The notes beneath the pieces were generated by a model. That model saw only the letters and a list, made by a program, of their open reading frames with translations. It was not told the origin of the DNA and did not search any database. 32,000 nt of DNA from Desulfocapsa sulfexigens DSM 10523 (lineage in GTDB: Bacteria > Desulfobacterota > Desulfobulbia > Desulfobulbales > Desulfocapsaceae): contig NC_020304.1 in NCBI RefSeq assembly GCF_000341395.1, positions 1,620,001 through 1,652,000 on the forward strand. Direction: 5' to 3'. The number at the start of each line of letters is the position of its first letter. Within the stretch, counting starts at the first letter, position 1. A program made the translations under genes and the position numbers. Below, one piece after another: positions 1-9,663 of the stretch.

Positions 1-2702
1 AAAATAAAAGAGTAATTTTCTTTTTGATCCTGCTGTTGCTGATGTTTGGCAATTGGCTGTCCAATGGCTTATCACAACCATTGCAGGAGGTGAAAATCGG
101 TGTACTGGCCAAGCGGGGTCCTGAAATAGCTCTTAAAAAATGGTCGGCAACGGCGGATTACCTGTCCCAGGCACTTCCTGGGTATCGTTTTCAGATTGCA
201 GCCCTTGATTTTACGGAAATCCATGCAGCTGTTCAAGAAGGAACAATTGACTTTGTGCTCGCCAACTCGGCATTTTATGTGGAACTGGAAAAATTGTATG
301 GGGTCAAGCGGATAGCAACTCTTCTCAACCAGGACAGCTCCGGTCGGCAGACCACCATGTTTGGCGGGGTAATCCTGGCCCGCTCTGACAGAGAGGATAT
401 CCGGGAAATTCGGGATCTGAAAGGGAAAAGCTTTATGGCCGTGGAGCAGCGTTCTTTTGGGGGCTGGATCATGTGCTGGCGGGAGCTGCATCGAATGGGG
501 CTTGAGCCGGAAAAATTTTTCTCCTCACTGCAATTTGGCCAGACTCATGATGCTGTTGTGGCGGCAGTTCAAAGGGGAGACGTCGATGGAGGTACTGTCC
601 GGACTGACACTCTGGAGCGGATGGCTGAAGGGGGTGATATCAATCTGGATGATTTTCATATTCTCAATGAGCAGCAGGTGGAAAACTTTCCTTTCAGGAT
701 AAGTACTTCTCTTTACCCCGAATGGCCCTTCGCGGCCGTGAAAGACACTTCTCTTGACCTGGCTCGCCAGGTTGCCTCGGCTTTACTGGCTATGAAGGCA
801 GATGCCCCGGCAGCCATTGCAGGAAAAAGTGCCGGCTGGACCGTGGCACTGAATTACCAGCCCGTTCACGATTGCCTTATGGAGCTACGTATAGGACCCT
901 ATTCGGATTTTGGTTATTTCAGCTTTTATGATGTAGTGAAAAAGTACTGGCTGCAGCTTGTTCTTCTGTTCCTTTCTTTTACCATTGTTGTATTGACTTC
1001 TCTTTATATTCTCCGGCTCAATCGGAGGATCAGGCAGAAGAAAGAGGAAGTTGATGAGTTGAACAGAACTCTTGAGGCTAAGGTCCTGGAACGTACCAGA
1101 AAGGTAAACAGCCTTCTTGACCAGGAACTGTACCTTCGTGAAATAATGGAAACAATCGCTGAGGTGAATGGCCTCCTTATCTCAGCAACAGATATGGATA
1201 TGCTGTTACAGGAGGCTTGCCGGGTAATGGGGGAACATGGGCATTACGCCTATAGCTGGATCGGTTTGTTGGAAAACAATGTGGTGAGCAGAGTTTTTAC
1301 CAGCGATGACTCTGTCAGGTTTCCGAGTGATCCTCCTTATGATCCGATGGATACCGAGGATTCTTTTTCATTAACACCCGCTGCGCATTGTATGGCAAAG
1401 AACCAAACGGTGGTTGTGCGACAGAGCAGTACTGTCAGTACTGTTTCTCCCTGGCTGGATCTGGCTGAAGTTACGGAATATCAATCTGTTATCTCTTTGC
1501 CTCTTCGTGCCGATCAGTACAGCTCACCGTTGGGTGCTTTCAGTGTTTACACTCTGCGACTGGAGGGGTTTGAAGAGGAAGAAATTGCCATGCTCGAGGA
1601 GCTCGCCGGTGATATCGGTTTTGCTATCAATGCCTTCAGACAGAAAGAGCAGGTCGCAAAGCTAGAGAGAGAACGCACTGAAAATTACGAAGAGACTATT
1701 CTCTCCTTTGCCAATATTATTGATCACAGAGACACTTATACTGCCGGACATACCACACGGGTAGCCCATTACTGTAAGCTGCTCGCCAGGGAAATGGGCC
1801 TTGGAGAAGAAGAAACAGGGATCCTGCAAAAGGCAGCCGTTCTTCATGATATTGGTAAAATTGCCACGCCGGATAGTGTTCTGCTTAAACCCGGTAAGCT
1901 TTCCGACCTGGACTATGATCTTATTAAGCTCCATGCGCTGGCAGGATATGAGATACTCTCGGGTATCGGGATGTATGAAGATCTGGCAGTGATCATACGG
2001 CACCACCATGAGCGATATGACGGAATGGGCTACCCGGATCATCTTTGCGGGGAGGGCATCCCACTTCTATCCAGGGTTCTTACTGTCGCCGACGCTTTCG
2101 ATGCTATGACAACCAATCGTATTTACAAGCCAAGAAAGGCTATTTCTGAAGCGCTACAGGATTTGCAAAGACTTAGCGGAAGTCAGTTTGACCCCGCTGT
2201 TGTAGCTGCAGCCCTCAATGTGCTCAGGGATGTGGAGGTGCCAAAAGCCATTTCTCAGTTGCCAATAACACAGATGGAGCAACGCCGTTTTTCCTATTTT
2301 TTTAATGATAAATTGACAAGTTTATACAACGAAGATTACCTCCAGATTATTCTGCAAAACAATAAGGATCTCCATGAATACCACTGTTTGCATAGTATTC
2401 ACGTAAAAAAACTCCAGCAGTATAACCAGCATCAGGGATGGGAATCTGGGAACATTTTGATGCAGAGGATTGCACTTGAGCTGGAGGAAACCTTTCCTGA
2501 AACCCTGCTGTTTAGAGCACATGGCCAGTATTTTATAATAATTTCCAGAGAACATTTTGAAATCAATGCGGCAGAGCTGTCGTTTGCCTGTCTCAAGGAG
2601 ACCGGGGTGGCTTTTGAGCTGGATCACCTTGATTTGCAAAAAGACACTGTCTATACTATTAATAATATGGATAAATTTATAGTTCAGTCAGGGGAAGACT
2701 AG
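1..2702 (+). CDS. Multidomain signalling protein: periplasmic PhnD-like solute-binding domain, TM, GAF, HD-GYP phosphodiesterase, degenerate GGDEF
   Basis: ORF track gives 24..2702 (TTG). The frame stays open back to nt 3, and the residues there (NKRVIFFLILLLLMF...) look like a signal-peptide n/h-region, so the true start is probably just upstream of the window. HD-GYP signature: HDIGK ... HHHERYDGMGYP. The C-terminal LTSLYNEDYL ... FRAHGQYF looks like a GGDEF domain with the GGDEF motif replaced by HGQYF. Confidence 0.85.
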   Translation, partial: NKRVIFFLILLLLMFGNWLSNGLSQPLQEVKIGVLAKRGPEIALKKWSATADYLSQALPGYRFQIAALDFTEIHAAVQEGTIDFVLANSAFYVELEKLYGVKRIATLLNQDSSGRQTTMFGGVILARSDREDIREIRDLKGKSFMAVEQRSFGGWIMCWRELHRMGLEPEKFFSSLQFGQTHDAVVAAVQRGDVDGGTVRTDTLERMAEGGDINLDDFHILNEQQVENFPFRISTSLYPEWPFAAVKDTSLDLARQVASALLAMKADAPAAIAGKSAGWTVALNYQPVHDCLMELRIGPYSDFGYFSFYDVVKKYWLQLVLLFLSFTIVVLTSLYILRLNRRIRQKKEEVDELNRTLEAKVLERTRKVNSLLDQELYLREIMETIAEVNGLLISATDMDMLLQEACRVMGEHGHYAYSWIGLLENNVVSRVFTSDDSVRFPSDPPYDPMDTEDSFSLTPAAHCMAKNQTVVVRQSSTVSTVSPWLDLAEVTEYQSVISLPLRADQYSSPLGAFSVYTLRLEGFEEEEIAMLEELAGDIGFAINAFRQKEQVAKLERERTENYEETILSFANIIDHRDTYTAGHTTRVAHYCKLLAREMGLGEEETGILQKAAVLHDIGKIATPDSVLLKPGKLSDLDYDLIKLHALAGYEILSGIGMYEDLAVIIRHHHERYDGMGYPDHLCGEGIPLLSRVLTVADAFDAMTTNRIYKPRKAISEALQDLQRLSGSQFDPAVVAAALNVLRDVEVPKAISQLPITQMEQRRFSYFFNDKLTSLYNEDYLQIILQNNKDLHEYHCLHSIHVKKLQQYNQHQGWESGNILMQRIALELEETFPETLLFRAHGQYFIIISREHFEINAAELSFACLKETGVAFELDHLDLQKDTVYTINNMDKFIVQSGED

Positions 2703-2832
2703 AAACGACGCTTCACAAGCCCTGTTTTGATATAAAACTGTTTGGTCAATGTTTCCTTGTGGTGATAAAATATAAGCAGTCAAAGAAAAAAAGCAGGGTG
2801 TCAAAAAGTTACAAACCCAGAGGAGGGCAATC

Positions 2833-3273
2833 ATGACGACATTTTCCAAAATTTTGCTGCCGATTGACTTTACCGAGTGTTCTACTGCTGTTTTGTCTCA
2901 CGCCAAACTGATGAAAGAGAAATTCGATGCTGATATCTATCTCCTTTACGCTATGCCGGGTTCCGAGCAGTACAAGGGGCTCAATATGGACTCTGAGTGG
3001 CTTGTCAATTATGGGCACTCTCTGAAACGGGAAGCAGAGAATGCCATGGAGAACTTTATTAATCAGCATATGCAGGGCTTTGAGCCGAAAAAGGCTGTGG
3101 TGAGAATAGGTGAAGTTGTTACAGAGACTGCCACCTATGTGGACGAAGAGGGTATTGATCTGATCATAACAGCGAGTCATGGGTGTCGCACCGCAGAGAA
3201 CAGGATATATGGTTCAATCGCCGAGGGAATAAGTCGTGAATCGGGGTGTCCGGTGATGATTGTTCACCCCTGA
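2833..3273 (+). CDS. Universal stress protein (UspA family)
   Basis: 146 aa. N-terminal KILLPIDFTE, C-terminal GSIAEGISRESGCPVMIVHP, both typical of Usp. GAGGAGGG Shine-Dalgarno 6 nt upstream of the ATG. Confidence 0.85.
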   Translation: MTTFSKILLPIDFTECSTAVLSHAKLMKEKFDADIYLLYAMPGSEQYKGLNMDSEWLVNYGHSLKREAENAMENFINQHMQGFEPKKAVVRIGEVVTETATYVDEEGIDLIITASHGCRTAENRIYGSIAEGISRESGCPVMIVHP

Positions 3274-3348
3274 TGGTGGGCAGAAAAATAAAACATCCCA
3301 AACCTGGTTCGGGATACAGGGTGACTCGGTGTCGGGGAATGGCGTTAC

Positions 3349-4125
3349 ATGTTTACCAAAGAGAATAAAACCCATTTTCACCGTGCCTGGATCAGGTTGA
3401 TTTTTGCCTATCTGTCTGCATTCTTCCTCAGTTTTGCAGTTGGATCTTTCCTCATACAAATCATGGGGATGTCCCCGGAAACACTGTTTGAGTTTTCTAC
3501 TAAACGTGTTTCCTATGCCTTCCCAGTATTTCAAGCTGGAACAGAACTCGGAGTTGATCTGGGGCTTGTGTTGTTTTTCTGGAACAGCCTGGCCTCTATC
3601 ATTACTATTTCATTTCTCTATACTGCACCGCTCTTTAATCCCCGGGACACCCTCCTTTTTCCACAAACGATACGGAAGATGCTCTGTGGCAGAAGAAGAA
3701 TGAAACTACTCTGTTTTCTCCCGGGATGCTTGAAGTTTGAAGAAGAGTCGCTTCGCAGGGTCTATGTGTGGCTGATGGTACCCTGGTTGGGAATGATACT
3801 GCTTGGTATGGAAAGTGGGCTGACCGTTTCAACGTCAAGCTATGCGTTTGGATCCTATGGCGTAGGCTTTCTTTCCCTGATCCCCCACGGCGTAGTGGAA
3901 ATTCCGACCATTGCCCTTGCCGGAGCAGTCGTGTTTGCCGTACATCTGGTAATCAAAAAAGAATCGGTGGAAAAGAATTCGGAAGAAATATTTGCATTTA
4001 TTAATAGTTTTAAACAGGAGGTTCCTTTGAGACGAATAGTCCTGTTCGTCATGTCTTTTTTGTTTGTTGCCGGGCTGGTTGAAGGTCACATCACACCGAA
4101 AATCCTGGATGCTCTGGTTCAATAA
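3349..4125 (+). CDS. Integral membrane protein, SpoIIM-like (stage II sporulation protein M / DUF95-type)
   Basis: 258 aa with multiple hydrophobic spans. The IPHGVVEIPTIALAGAV motif resembles the conserved HG-x-x-E-(I/L)-P segment of SpoIIM-family proteins. Confidence 0.55.
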   Translation: MFTKENKTHFHRAWIRLIFAYLSAFFLSFAVGSFLIQIMGMSPETLFEFSTKRVSYAFPVFQAGTELGVDLGLVLFFWNSLASIITISFLYTAPLFNPRDTLLFPQTIRKMLCGRRRMKLLCFLPGCLKFEEESLRRVYVWLMVPWLGMILLGMESGLTVSTSSYAFGSYGVGFLSLIPHGVVEIPTIALAGAVVFAVHLVIKKESVEKNSEEIFAFINSFKQEVPLRRIVLFVMSFLFVAGLVEGHITPKILDALVQ

Positions 4126-4159
4126 TTGAGTCACCTGTTCTAAGGGGTGACCGTGTCAA

Positions 4160-5050
4160 TTAGGAGAGATCCTTCTGCTTCCTAAATGAAAACGTCGTTA
4201 TGAAGATACCTGTGAAAACCAGCACCATCCCCTGGACATGATAGCCCAGTAGAACCTCTTCTAAAAAAACAATTGCCAGGATGGTACTGAATACCGGCAT
4301 CAAATGGATAAAAGGCCCAGCCCGGTTTGCCCCCACCTCCCTGATTGCCCGGGTCCAGCAGATAAATGCCAGAATTGAGGCAAACAGAGCTACATAGCTG
4401 ATGGTCAGTATGGTCTCAATATTTATTTGTATGTGTTTGCCACTCTGTATTTCAAACAGATAACAGGGCAGAAGAAACACCAGTCCCGTCAGCATAATAC
4501 CGGTCAAGTAGGTGATGGGATGCAGGCCTGCCGGATAATGTCTCAAGTTTGCTGAGTAAAAGGCCCAGACAAGAGCTGCCACCAGTACCAGCAGGTCACC
4601 CTGGTTAAATGTCAGTTGCTGCAAGGTGTTTATGTTCCCCTTTGCAATGATTAACAGAACACCGCTTAAAGAAATAAAGACTCCGATGGACTGTCTCATG
4701 CTCAATGGTTCCCGGTAGATTAGTAAAGATATGAGAACGATGATTATCGGTATACAGGAGTTTACCAGAACAGCATTAATTGCTGTGGTCGATTGCAGGG
4801 CGAGATAGATGAAAGTATTGAATCCGGCAACTCCCAGGATCCCCTGCCAAAGCATAAACCGCCGATGTTGAATCAGAAGTTTTCGTTGTTCGTAGACGCG
4901 TCGCAGGCCAAAGGGGGCAATGATCAGTAAGGCCAGAGTCCAGCGCCAGAAGGCGAGGCTTACCGGTGGAATCTCGGCATGCATGCCTCGACTTAAGACA
5001 AAGTTCCCAGACCAGAAAAGGGCACTTAGGGTGAGCAGTAGATATGGCAT
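4160..5050 (-). CDS. EamA/DMT-family transporter
   Basis: 296 aa, about 10 predicted TM helices in two similar halves. N-terminus LLTLSALFWSGNFVLSR is typical of EamA/RhaT-type permeases. Confidence 0.8.
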   Translation of the reverse strand: MPYLLLTLSALFWSGNFVLSRGMHAEIPPVSLAFWRWTLALLIIAPFGLRRVYEQRKLLIQHRRFMLWQGILGVAGFNTFIYLALQSTTAINAVLVNSCIPIIIVLISLLIYREPLSMRQSIGVFISLSGVLLIIAKGNINTLQQLTFNQGDLLVLVAALVWAFYSANLRHYPAGLHPITYLTGIMLTGLVFLLPCYLFEIQSGKHIQINIETILTISYVALFASILAFICWTRAIREVGANRAGPFIHLMPVFSTILAIVFLEEVLLGYHVQGMVLVFTGIFITTFSFRKQKDLS

Positions 5051-5266
5051 AAAGATAGGTTGTTGTAGATGGTTATTAAATGTTCATTGCATTCCCTTTA
5101 GGGAACATGTTTAACCAGATGAAGACCGACTGTGAGTTCTTCCATGGATTGTGTGCTCTGGATTGTTATGAGTACAATAATTACATTGACAATGTCAAAA
5201 ATATGTTTGGATGATAGATGTTTTGTCTGGTGCATACCACTTTGGTTTCCATAGAAGGATTATAAA

Positions 5267-5857
5267 ATGCTGGATAATATCCTGCCCTTTGTCTTGTTTG
5301 TTGTTGCTATGACCGGAACGCCTGGCCCCGGCAATCTTACTATGATGGCTATCGGGCAGACCACTGGCTTTGCCAGTTCCATTCCGTTTCTTATCGGGAC
5401 GGCTGTGGGGTGCCTGATGCTCGATACTCTGGTTGCCTGTGGCCTGGGGGAGATTATCGTTGCTTCCCCTGCGATTGCCACCCTTCTGCGTATTGGAGGT
5501 GTGGTTTATATTTTGTATCTGGCCGGGAAGATACTGGTGCTGCAATTGAATACCAAAAAACTCGAAAAGCGGTTTTCATTTTTTGAGGGGTTTCTGATTC
5601 ACCCGTTAAGTCCAAAGAGCTGGGCCATGGCAATTGTTGCCTTTAGTCAGTTTATGAATCCGGACCATCCGCTTTTGCCTCAGGTTATGGTTTTTGTCCT
5701 CACCTTTTTGATAGGCCTGTTGCTGTTTCACAGCTCGTGGTGCGCGGCAGGGGCGCTTATTCCTCGTCTGGTCAGTTCCAGACGGATATTGTTCGGCGTG
5801 AATTGTATTATGGTTACACTTATGCTTGGTGCTACCGGGTATGCCATGTTTGTCTGA
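5267..5857 (+). CDS. LysE/RhtB-family amino-acid exporter
   Basis: 196 aa, hydrophobic. N-terminal FVVAMTGTPGPGNL matches the conserved TPGP motif of LysE translocators. Confidence 0.8.
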   Translation: MLDNILPFVLFVVAMTGTPGPGNLTMMAIGQTTGFASSIPFLIGTAVGCLMLDTLVACGLGEIIVASPAIATLLRIGGVVYILYLAGKILVLQLNTKKLEKRFSFFEGFLIHPLSPKSWAMAIVAFSQFMNPDHPLLPQVMVFVLTFLIGLLLFHSSWCAAGALIPRLVSSRRILFGVNCIMVTLMLGATGYAMFV

Positions 5858-6038
5858 AGTTCATTTCTAGGCTTCCAAGTAAGGACCAGAAAAAAGTTCA
5901 AAGATGAATTGAATACCTATAGTTCTGTAAAATAGAGAAAAAAACGAAGCTACTGCGGTAGTTTTGCCGTGCAGAGTGAAGCGTTAAGGAATTGATTGAA
6001 TACACAGTAATGTAATGGTCAGGATAATAGGCCGGCCT

Positions 6039-6071
6039 AGAGTTTGTCTGCCGGATTGGCAGACAAACTCT
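6039..6071. terminator. Perfect 14-bp stem / 5-nt loop hairpin between convergent genes (putative bidirectional terminator)
   Basis: AGAGTTTGTCTGCC ggatt GGCAGACAAACTCT, lying between the 3' ends of the LysE gene (+) and the carbonic anhydrase gene (-). There is no clear U-tract on either side, so terminator function is inferred only from position and stem strength. Confidence 0.5.
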
Positions 6072-6115
6072 CCAGGCCACCTGATCATCAATTGTTCTTG
6101 ATTTTTGAGCTATAC

Positions 6116-6898
6116 TTATTTTGCCATTGCGTCCATGGCTCTGTTAGGATTTGCCTCAACTTTTTTCAGGATTTCTGTGGTTTTTGCTTCAGGTAACCAG
6201 TTGACTTTGCCAGTTGATACGTCGTAGATAGCTCCTACAACTTTGGCTTTCCCGGAGTTAACAAGATCTCGAGAAACAGGGCTTTTCATAAACAGATCCT
6301 CCATTCCCTGCCAGATGTTCTCTTCAATTGCATAGGGTATTACGTCAGCACCATGAGCTGTTGGATTGTCTGCAATTGCTTTTTTCACAGCTGGGATGAT
6401 GTTGTCAACCAGAGTTGGGATGTTTCTTTCAAGTGGATGACCATGACCTTGTACGGCATTTGTCACTGCAGTTACAGCCCCACACTGAGTATGTCCAAGC
6501 ACCACAAAGACAGGGGTGTTTACATGAGCCAGGCCGTATTCAACAGATCCTGCTTCATCAACATCCAGCACATTTCCGGCCACACGAATAACAAAAATAT
6601 CCATGATTCCGGCATCAAAGAGAATCTCAACAGGAACCCTGGAGTCAGAGCAAGCGATTATGGTTGCATAGGCGTAGTCTCCCTGATCTTCTTTGCCGGC
6701 CAGGGCCAGTCGGGCAGCATCAAGATGGGGTTGAGTGGATTTACCGTTAACAAAACGCTCGTTACCGGCTTTGAGCAAGGCTATTGCCTCATCCGGACTT
6801 GGCTTGGCTGCTTTTGTGCCACTGGCCAGAACTGGACCTGTGGTGAGAGCCACGAAGCAAAAAGCTGTTACAATTGATTTTAAAAATTTTGTGTTCAT
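6116..6898 (-). CDS. Secreted beta-class carbonic anhydrase
   Basis: Beta-CA zinc-ligand motifs CSDSRV and GHTQCGAV. I moved the start from the ORF-track 7003 to the ATG at 6898 (MNTKFLKSIV...ASG signal peptide), which has AGGAGG 6-7 nt upstream. Confidence 0.85.
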   Translation of the reverse strand: MNTKFLKSIVTAFCFVALTTGPVLASGTKAAKPSPDEAIALLKAGNERFVNGKSTQPHLDAARLALAGKEDQGDYAYATIIACSDSRVPVEILFDAGIMDIFVIRVAGNVLDVDEAGSVEYGLAHVNTPVFVVLGHTQCGAVTAVTNAVQGHGHPLERNIPTLVDNIIPAVKKAIADNPTAHGADVIPYAIEENIWQGMEDLFMKSPVSRDLVNSGKAKVVGAIYDVSTGKVNWLPEAKTTEILKKVEANPNRAMDAMAK

Positions 6899-7221
6899 TA
6901 CATTCCTCCTTTGAAATATTAGTTGCTGTAAGTAAAATCCGTTTTTCAATAGCCCAGGTCGTCTATAACAAAAAAACTGATTGTGCCCTGGCGTAAAGAG
7001 CATCGTTTGGCTCGGTTGTTCTTGTTGGTCGATAAGCTGTCGATTTTAAAGCATTTAATTGCTTCAACTCTGTCCTGAGTAAACTTTCCATAGCTGATAA
7101 CAATAGTAGGTATATCTCTCCTGAAGCTCCTTAAAAAGATGCTGAAACAGTGCTATTGTATAGCTGTTGATACGGCCCTATTCCTCAGTGTCCATTTAAA
7201 CTGTCTTTTGTCAGCATTTTT

Positions 7222-8187
7222 TTAGTCAGAATGGAGTGCCTGATGCAGTTCAATTTTATTGGAAACCATCAATTTTTTGTAAACAGATTCAATATGACGT
7301 CGAACTGTTGCGGGACTCAACTCTAAATCCGTAGCAATTTCTTTATAGGTCAAGCCCGAAGCAAATATCCTGGCTATCTGGTCTTCACGCTTGCTCAATA
7401 AATCAGTGACATCATTTGCCGGGTATACCTGAAGTAATATCATATCGTCTATTTGTTTGCGGATAAAAACAAGCTTCCTTCTCTTCAGGGGGAGGCTGGC
7501 TTTTGTGTGGAGCCAGGCCGCAACTGATTTTGGTAGCACCGGCCCTGACCACTGTGGCCATTGCTGTTTTAGCAGCTGAATACACTCCGGCTCGGAAAAT
7601 CTGATCCAGGCCTTGTTATCACATAAGACAAGAGCGCTTGTAGAATTCACTTTTGCTAAATTCACCATATGCTGAATCTGATTAGCGTGCAAAGCATTTA
7701 TCATCAAGGGAAATACAAACTGTTTTGCCAATTGCTCTTTGTCGGTAAATGTTTGTTCCGGGTTTTGTCTATAGAGACTCATTATTTCCAGAAGACCTGT
7801 TTTCGGATTTGGTATTGCCGTGGAAATTGCATTTTCAATACCAAACAATTTGGAATGTTGTTGGTAGATTGCAAGGTTTTCACGTTCATGACGGGAATAA
7901 AAATCGAAAACATCAAGAGTTTTTCCGGGATTTGCAATTAATCCGGCTAAAAGCTTGTCTTGGTGTTTTATCTGCTCCCATGAATCCATCAAACTGTTTG
8001 GAAGGTTATATAAAAAGACATTGTTCAGCTGCAATTCCTGAGTATAGCCTCCAGCCCAGAGAGCCATATCAAAGGGGATCAACTTCATCAGGTGATCCAT
8101 TACCTGCTGTTTAAATTGTCCCGCAGGAAATCTGTTGATGGAATGGATTAGTTTTCCGATGAAAATTTGATTTTCCTGATTCAGCAT
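7222..8187 (-). CDS. LuxR-family transcriptional regulator (C-terminal HTH; N-terminal domain of unknown type)
   Basis: The C-terminal LSKREDQIARIFASGLTYKEIATDLELSPATVRRHIESVYKKL is a LuxR/GerE-type HTH. The about 250-aa N-terminal region has no motif I recognise. Confidence 0.8.
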   Translation of the reverse strand: MLNQENQIFIGKLIHSINRFPAGQFKQQVMDHLMKLIPFDMALWAGGYTQELQLNNVFLYNLPNSLMDSWEQIKHQDKLLAGLIANPGKTLDVFDFYSRHERENLAIYQQHSKLFGIENAISTAIPNPKTGLLEIMSLYRQNPEQTFTDKEQLAKQFVFPLMINALHANQIQHMVNLAKVNSTSALVLCDNKAWIRFSEPECIQLLKQQWPQWSGPVLPKSVAAWLHTKASLPLKRRKLVFIRKQIDDMILLQVYPANDVTDLLSKREDQIARIFASGLTYKEIATDLELSPATVRRHIESVYKKLMVSNKIELHQALHSD

Positions 8188-8361
8188 CCTGCCATTTAAT
8201 CTTATTTATTCAATAAAAGAAAAAATAGGGCATTTGCCCGATTGAATCTAATTACCAATTATGATTTAGTTTTCGCGTTCATACAGCATAATTTTGATAT
8301 AACAATTCATCAACAACAATTCATCATTTTCTTTAACAAGGGACGAGGGGGAATAAAACAC

Positions 8362-9645
8362 ATGCAACTACACAGTAAGGAATGCTCTGGTAACTCGATT
8401 TATCTGGCAATTATTTTAGCTATATTTTTGTATGGGCTGGCAGTTTTGGTACCAATAACAGCTCTTGCCGACTGCCCTGGAGGGGTCGCCCCTTCTGGAA
8501 GTACGGTGTATTCCGAAGGCCCTTCTACAACTGTATGCAAGACGGATGGTGCCTATAGTTCACAGACCATCCGGTGGCTAACGCCAGATGGATATACCTG
8601 TGATACAACCGTGGAGACTCGTGATCCTAATTCAGATAGTCAGTGCGGAATTGGACCGGTTCTTCCAGATTTAGATTTTAGGGAAATTATTACTCAAAAA
8701 GAGTGGGTAAAAATAAAGCAGCAGTATGCCCATGAAGCTGCCATCGGGGGTGCCAATAGCCGTATGAAAATTATTACCGATGAGCAATTTCTTATGAAGT
8801 GGGGACCTGATGCTGAAGGAACCCGGAAATCAGTGGAGGACGCTTTAAATTCCGGAAATTTGGATGACGGGCCAGTATATCGAGACCCAATATTAGAGGA
8901 AAATGATGGTCGTGCTCCAAAGGAATATAGGTACACTCCGTCAGATTTACCGGTGTGGGATTTTGGGGTTTCCTTACAGGGCGGGGTAGAAACGAGTGAA
9001 ATCGCGCAGATTTCCGCACCAGATCGAGAATCCGACGTCAGTTCCCTGGCCCTTAACCTGCATGGGGCTAAGGATGATTTTCTCTTCAACGGGCAATTTC
9101 ACTACCGTGCCCTGCGGGGAACCGGTATTGATGACGGGCAAGACTCCGACGAATACGGCCTACTCATGATGGGGGGATACCAATGGTTACACCAGTCTGA
9201 AAATGGGGTGAATCTGATGTTTCACGGGTTTTTGGATTTGTCCGGCAACGACTACGGTGATGCCGGAGATCAGACCCGGTATGTCCCAGGAGCCGGTATA
9301 TCCGTGGATGGCTGGACTCCAGTGGGGAAATTGAAAATGGCCTATCTTTTCAGTCATGACCGCAATGCCGATAATGATCTTGAAATCACGGATGAAAAAT
9401 ACCTGAATGTGAACAATATGTCCCTTGCCTACACCCTCCCCTTGACCCGGGCCCTGTTCCTGAATTCAAGTCTGAGCTATTTATATATCATGGATATTCC
9501 TGATGGTATGGATGACAGTAGTACCTCTTTTGATGTCGGCCTAGCCTATAATTGGCAACGCTTTAATATGGGAATTACTTATGTGAAAAGTTTAGATGGC
9601 TATGGGCGGGAAGGGGTTAATTTTTTCGCCGGATATTCCTGGTAA
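8362..9645 (+). CDS. Secreted protein with C-terminal outer-membrane beta-barrel-like domain (autotransporter-like)
   Basis: I moved the start to the ATG at 8362 (MQLHSKE..., then a hydrophobic signal-like segment ending ALADC). The C-terminal half has alternating amphipathic strands and ends in FFAGYSW, an aromatic terminal residue typical of OM beta-barrels. No specific family recognised. Confidence 0.5.
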   Translation: MQLHSKECSGNSIYLAIILAIFLYGLAVLVPITALADCPGGVAPSGSTVYSEGPSTTVCKTDGAYSSQTIRWLTPDGYTCDTTVETRDPNSDSQCGIGPVLPDLDFREIITQKEWVKIKQQYAHEAAIGGANSRMKIITDEQFLMKWGPDAEGTRKSVEDALNSGNLDDGPVYRDPILEENDGRAPKEYRYTPSDLPVWDFGVSLQGGVETSEIAQISAPDRESDVSSLALNLHGAKDDFLFNGQFHYRALRGTGIDDGQDSDEYGLLMMGGYQWLHQSENGVNLMFHGFLDLSGNDYGDAGDQTRYVPGAGISVDGWTPVGKLKMAYLFSHDRNADNDLEITDEKYLNVNNMSLAYTLPLTRALFLNSSLSYLYIMDIPDGMDDSSTSFDVGLAYNWQRFNMGITYVKSLDGYGREGVNFFAGYSW

Positions 9646-9663
9646 ATAAAATGGTGGTTCCGG

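Noticed and set aside
72-491. Many ORF-track entries lie antisense to, or out of frame within, long well-supported genes. Examples: 72..491, 275..472, 1662..2042, 2322..2639, 2809..3180, 3835..4134, 6353..6877, 7749..8114, 8694..9089, 10456..10926, 14164..14556, 15633..15866, 17282..17548, 19647..19853, 25488..26066, 26184..26507, 27548..28207 and 31690..31956.
   Set aside because: Each overlaps a longer ORF with recognisable motifs and a plausible RBS. Their translations are low-complexity or Arg/Ser/Cys-rich, typical of shadow frames. None has its own Shine-Dalgarno sequence.
6899-7003. Longer N-terminal extensions given by the ORF track: carbonic anhydrase to 7003, OM protein from 8242, DJ-1 to 19978, membrane protein to 22628, ArsM to 28176, sigma factor to 28816, peptidase to 30687.
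   Set aside because: In each case an internal ATG is preceded by a good Shine-Dalgarno sequence and yields a sensible N-terminus (signal peptide, lipobox or conserved family start). The extensions run into upstream palindromes or operators.
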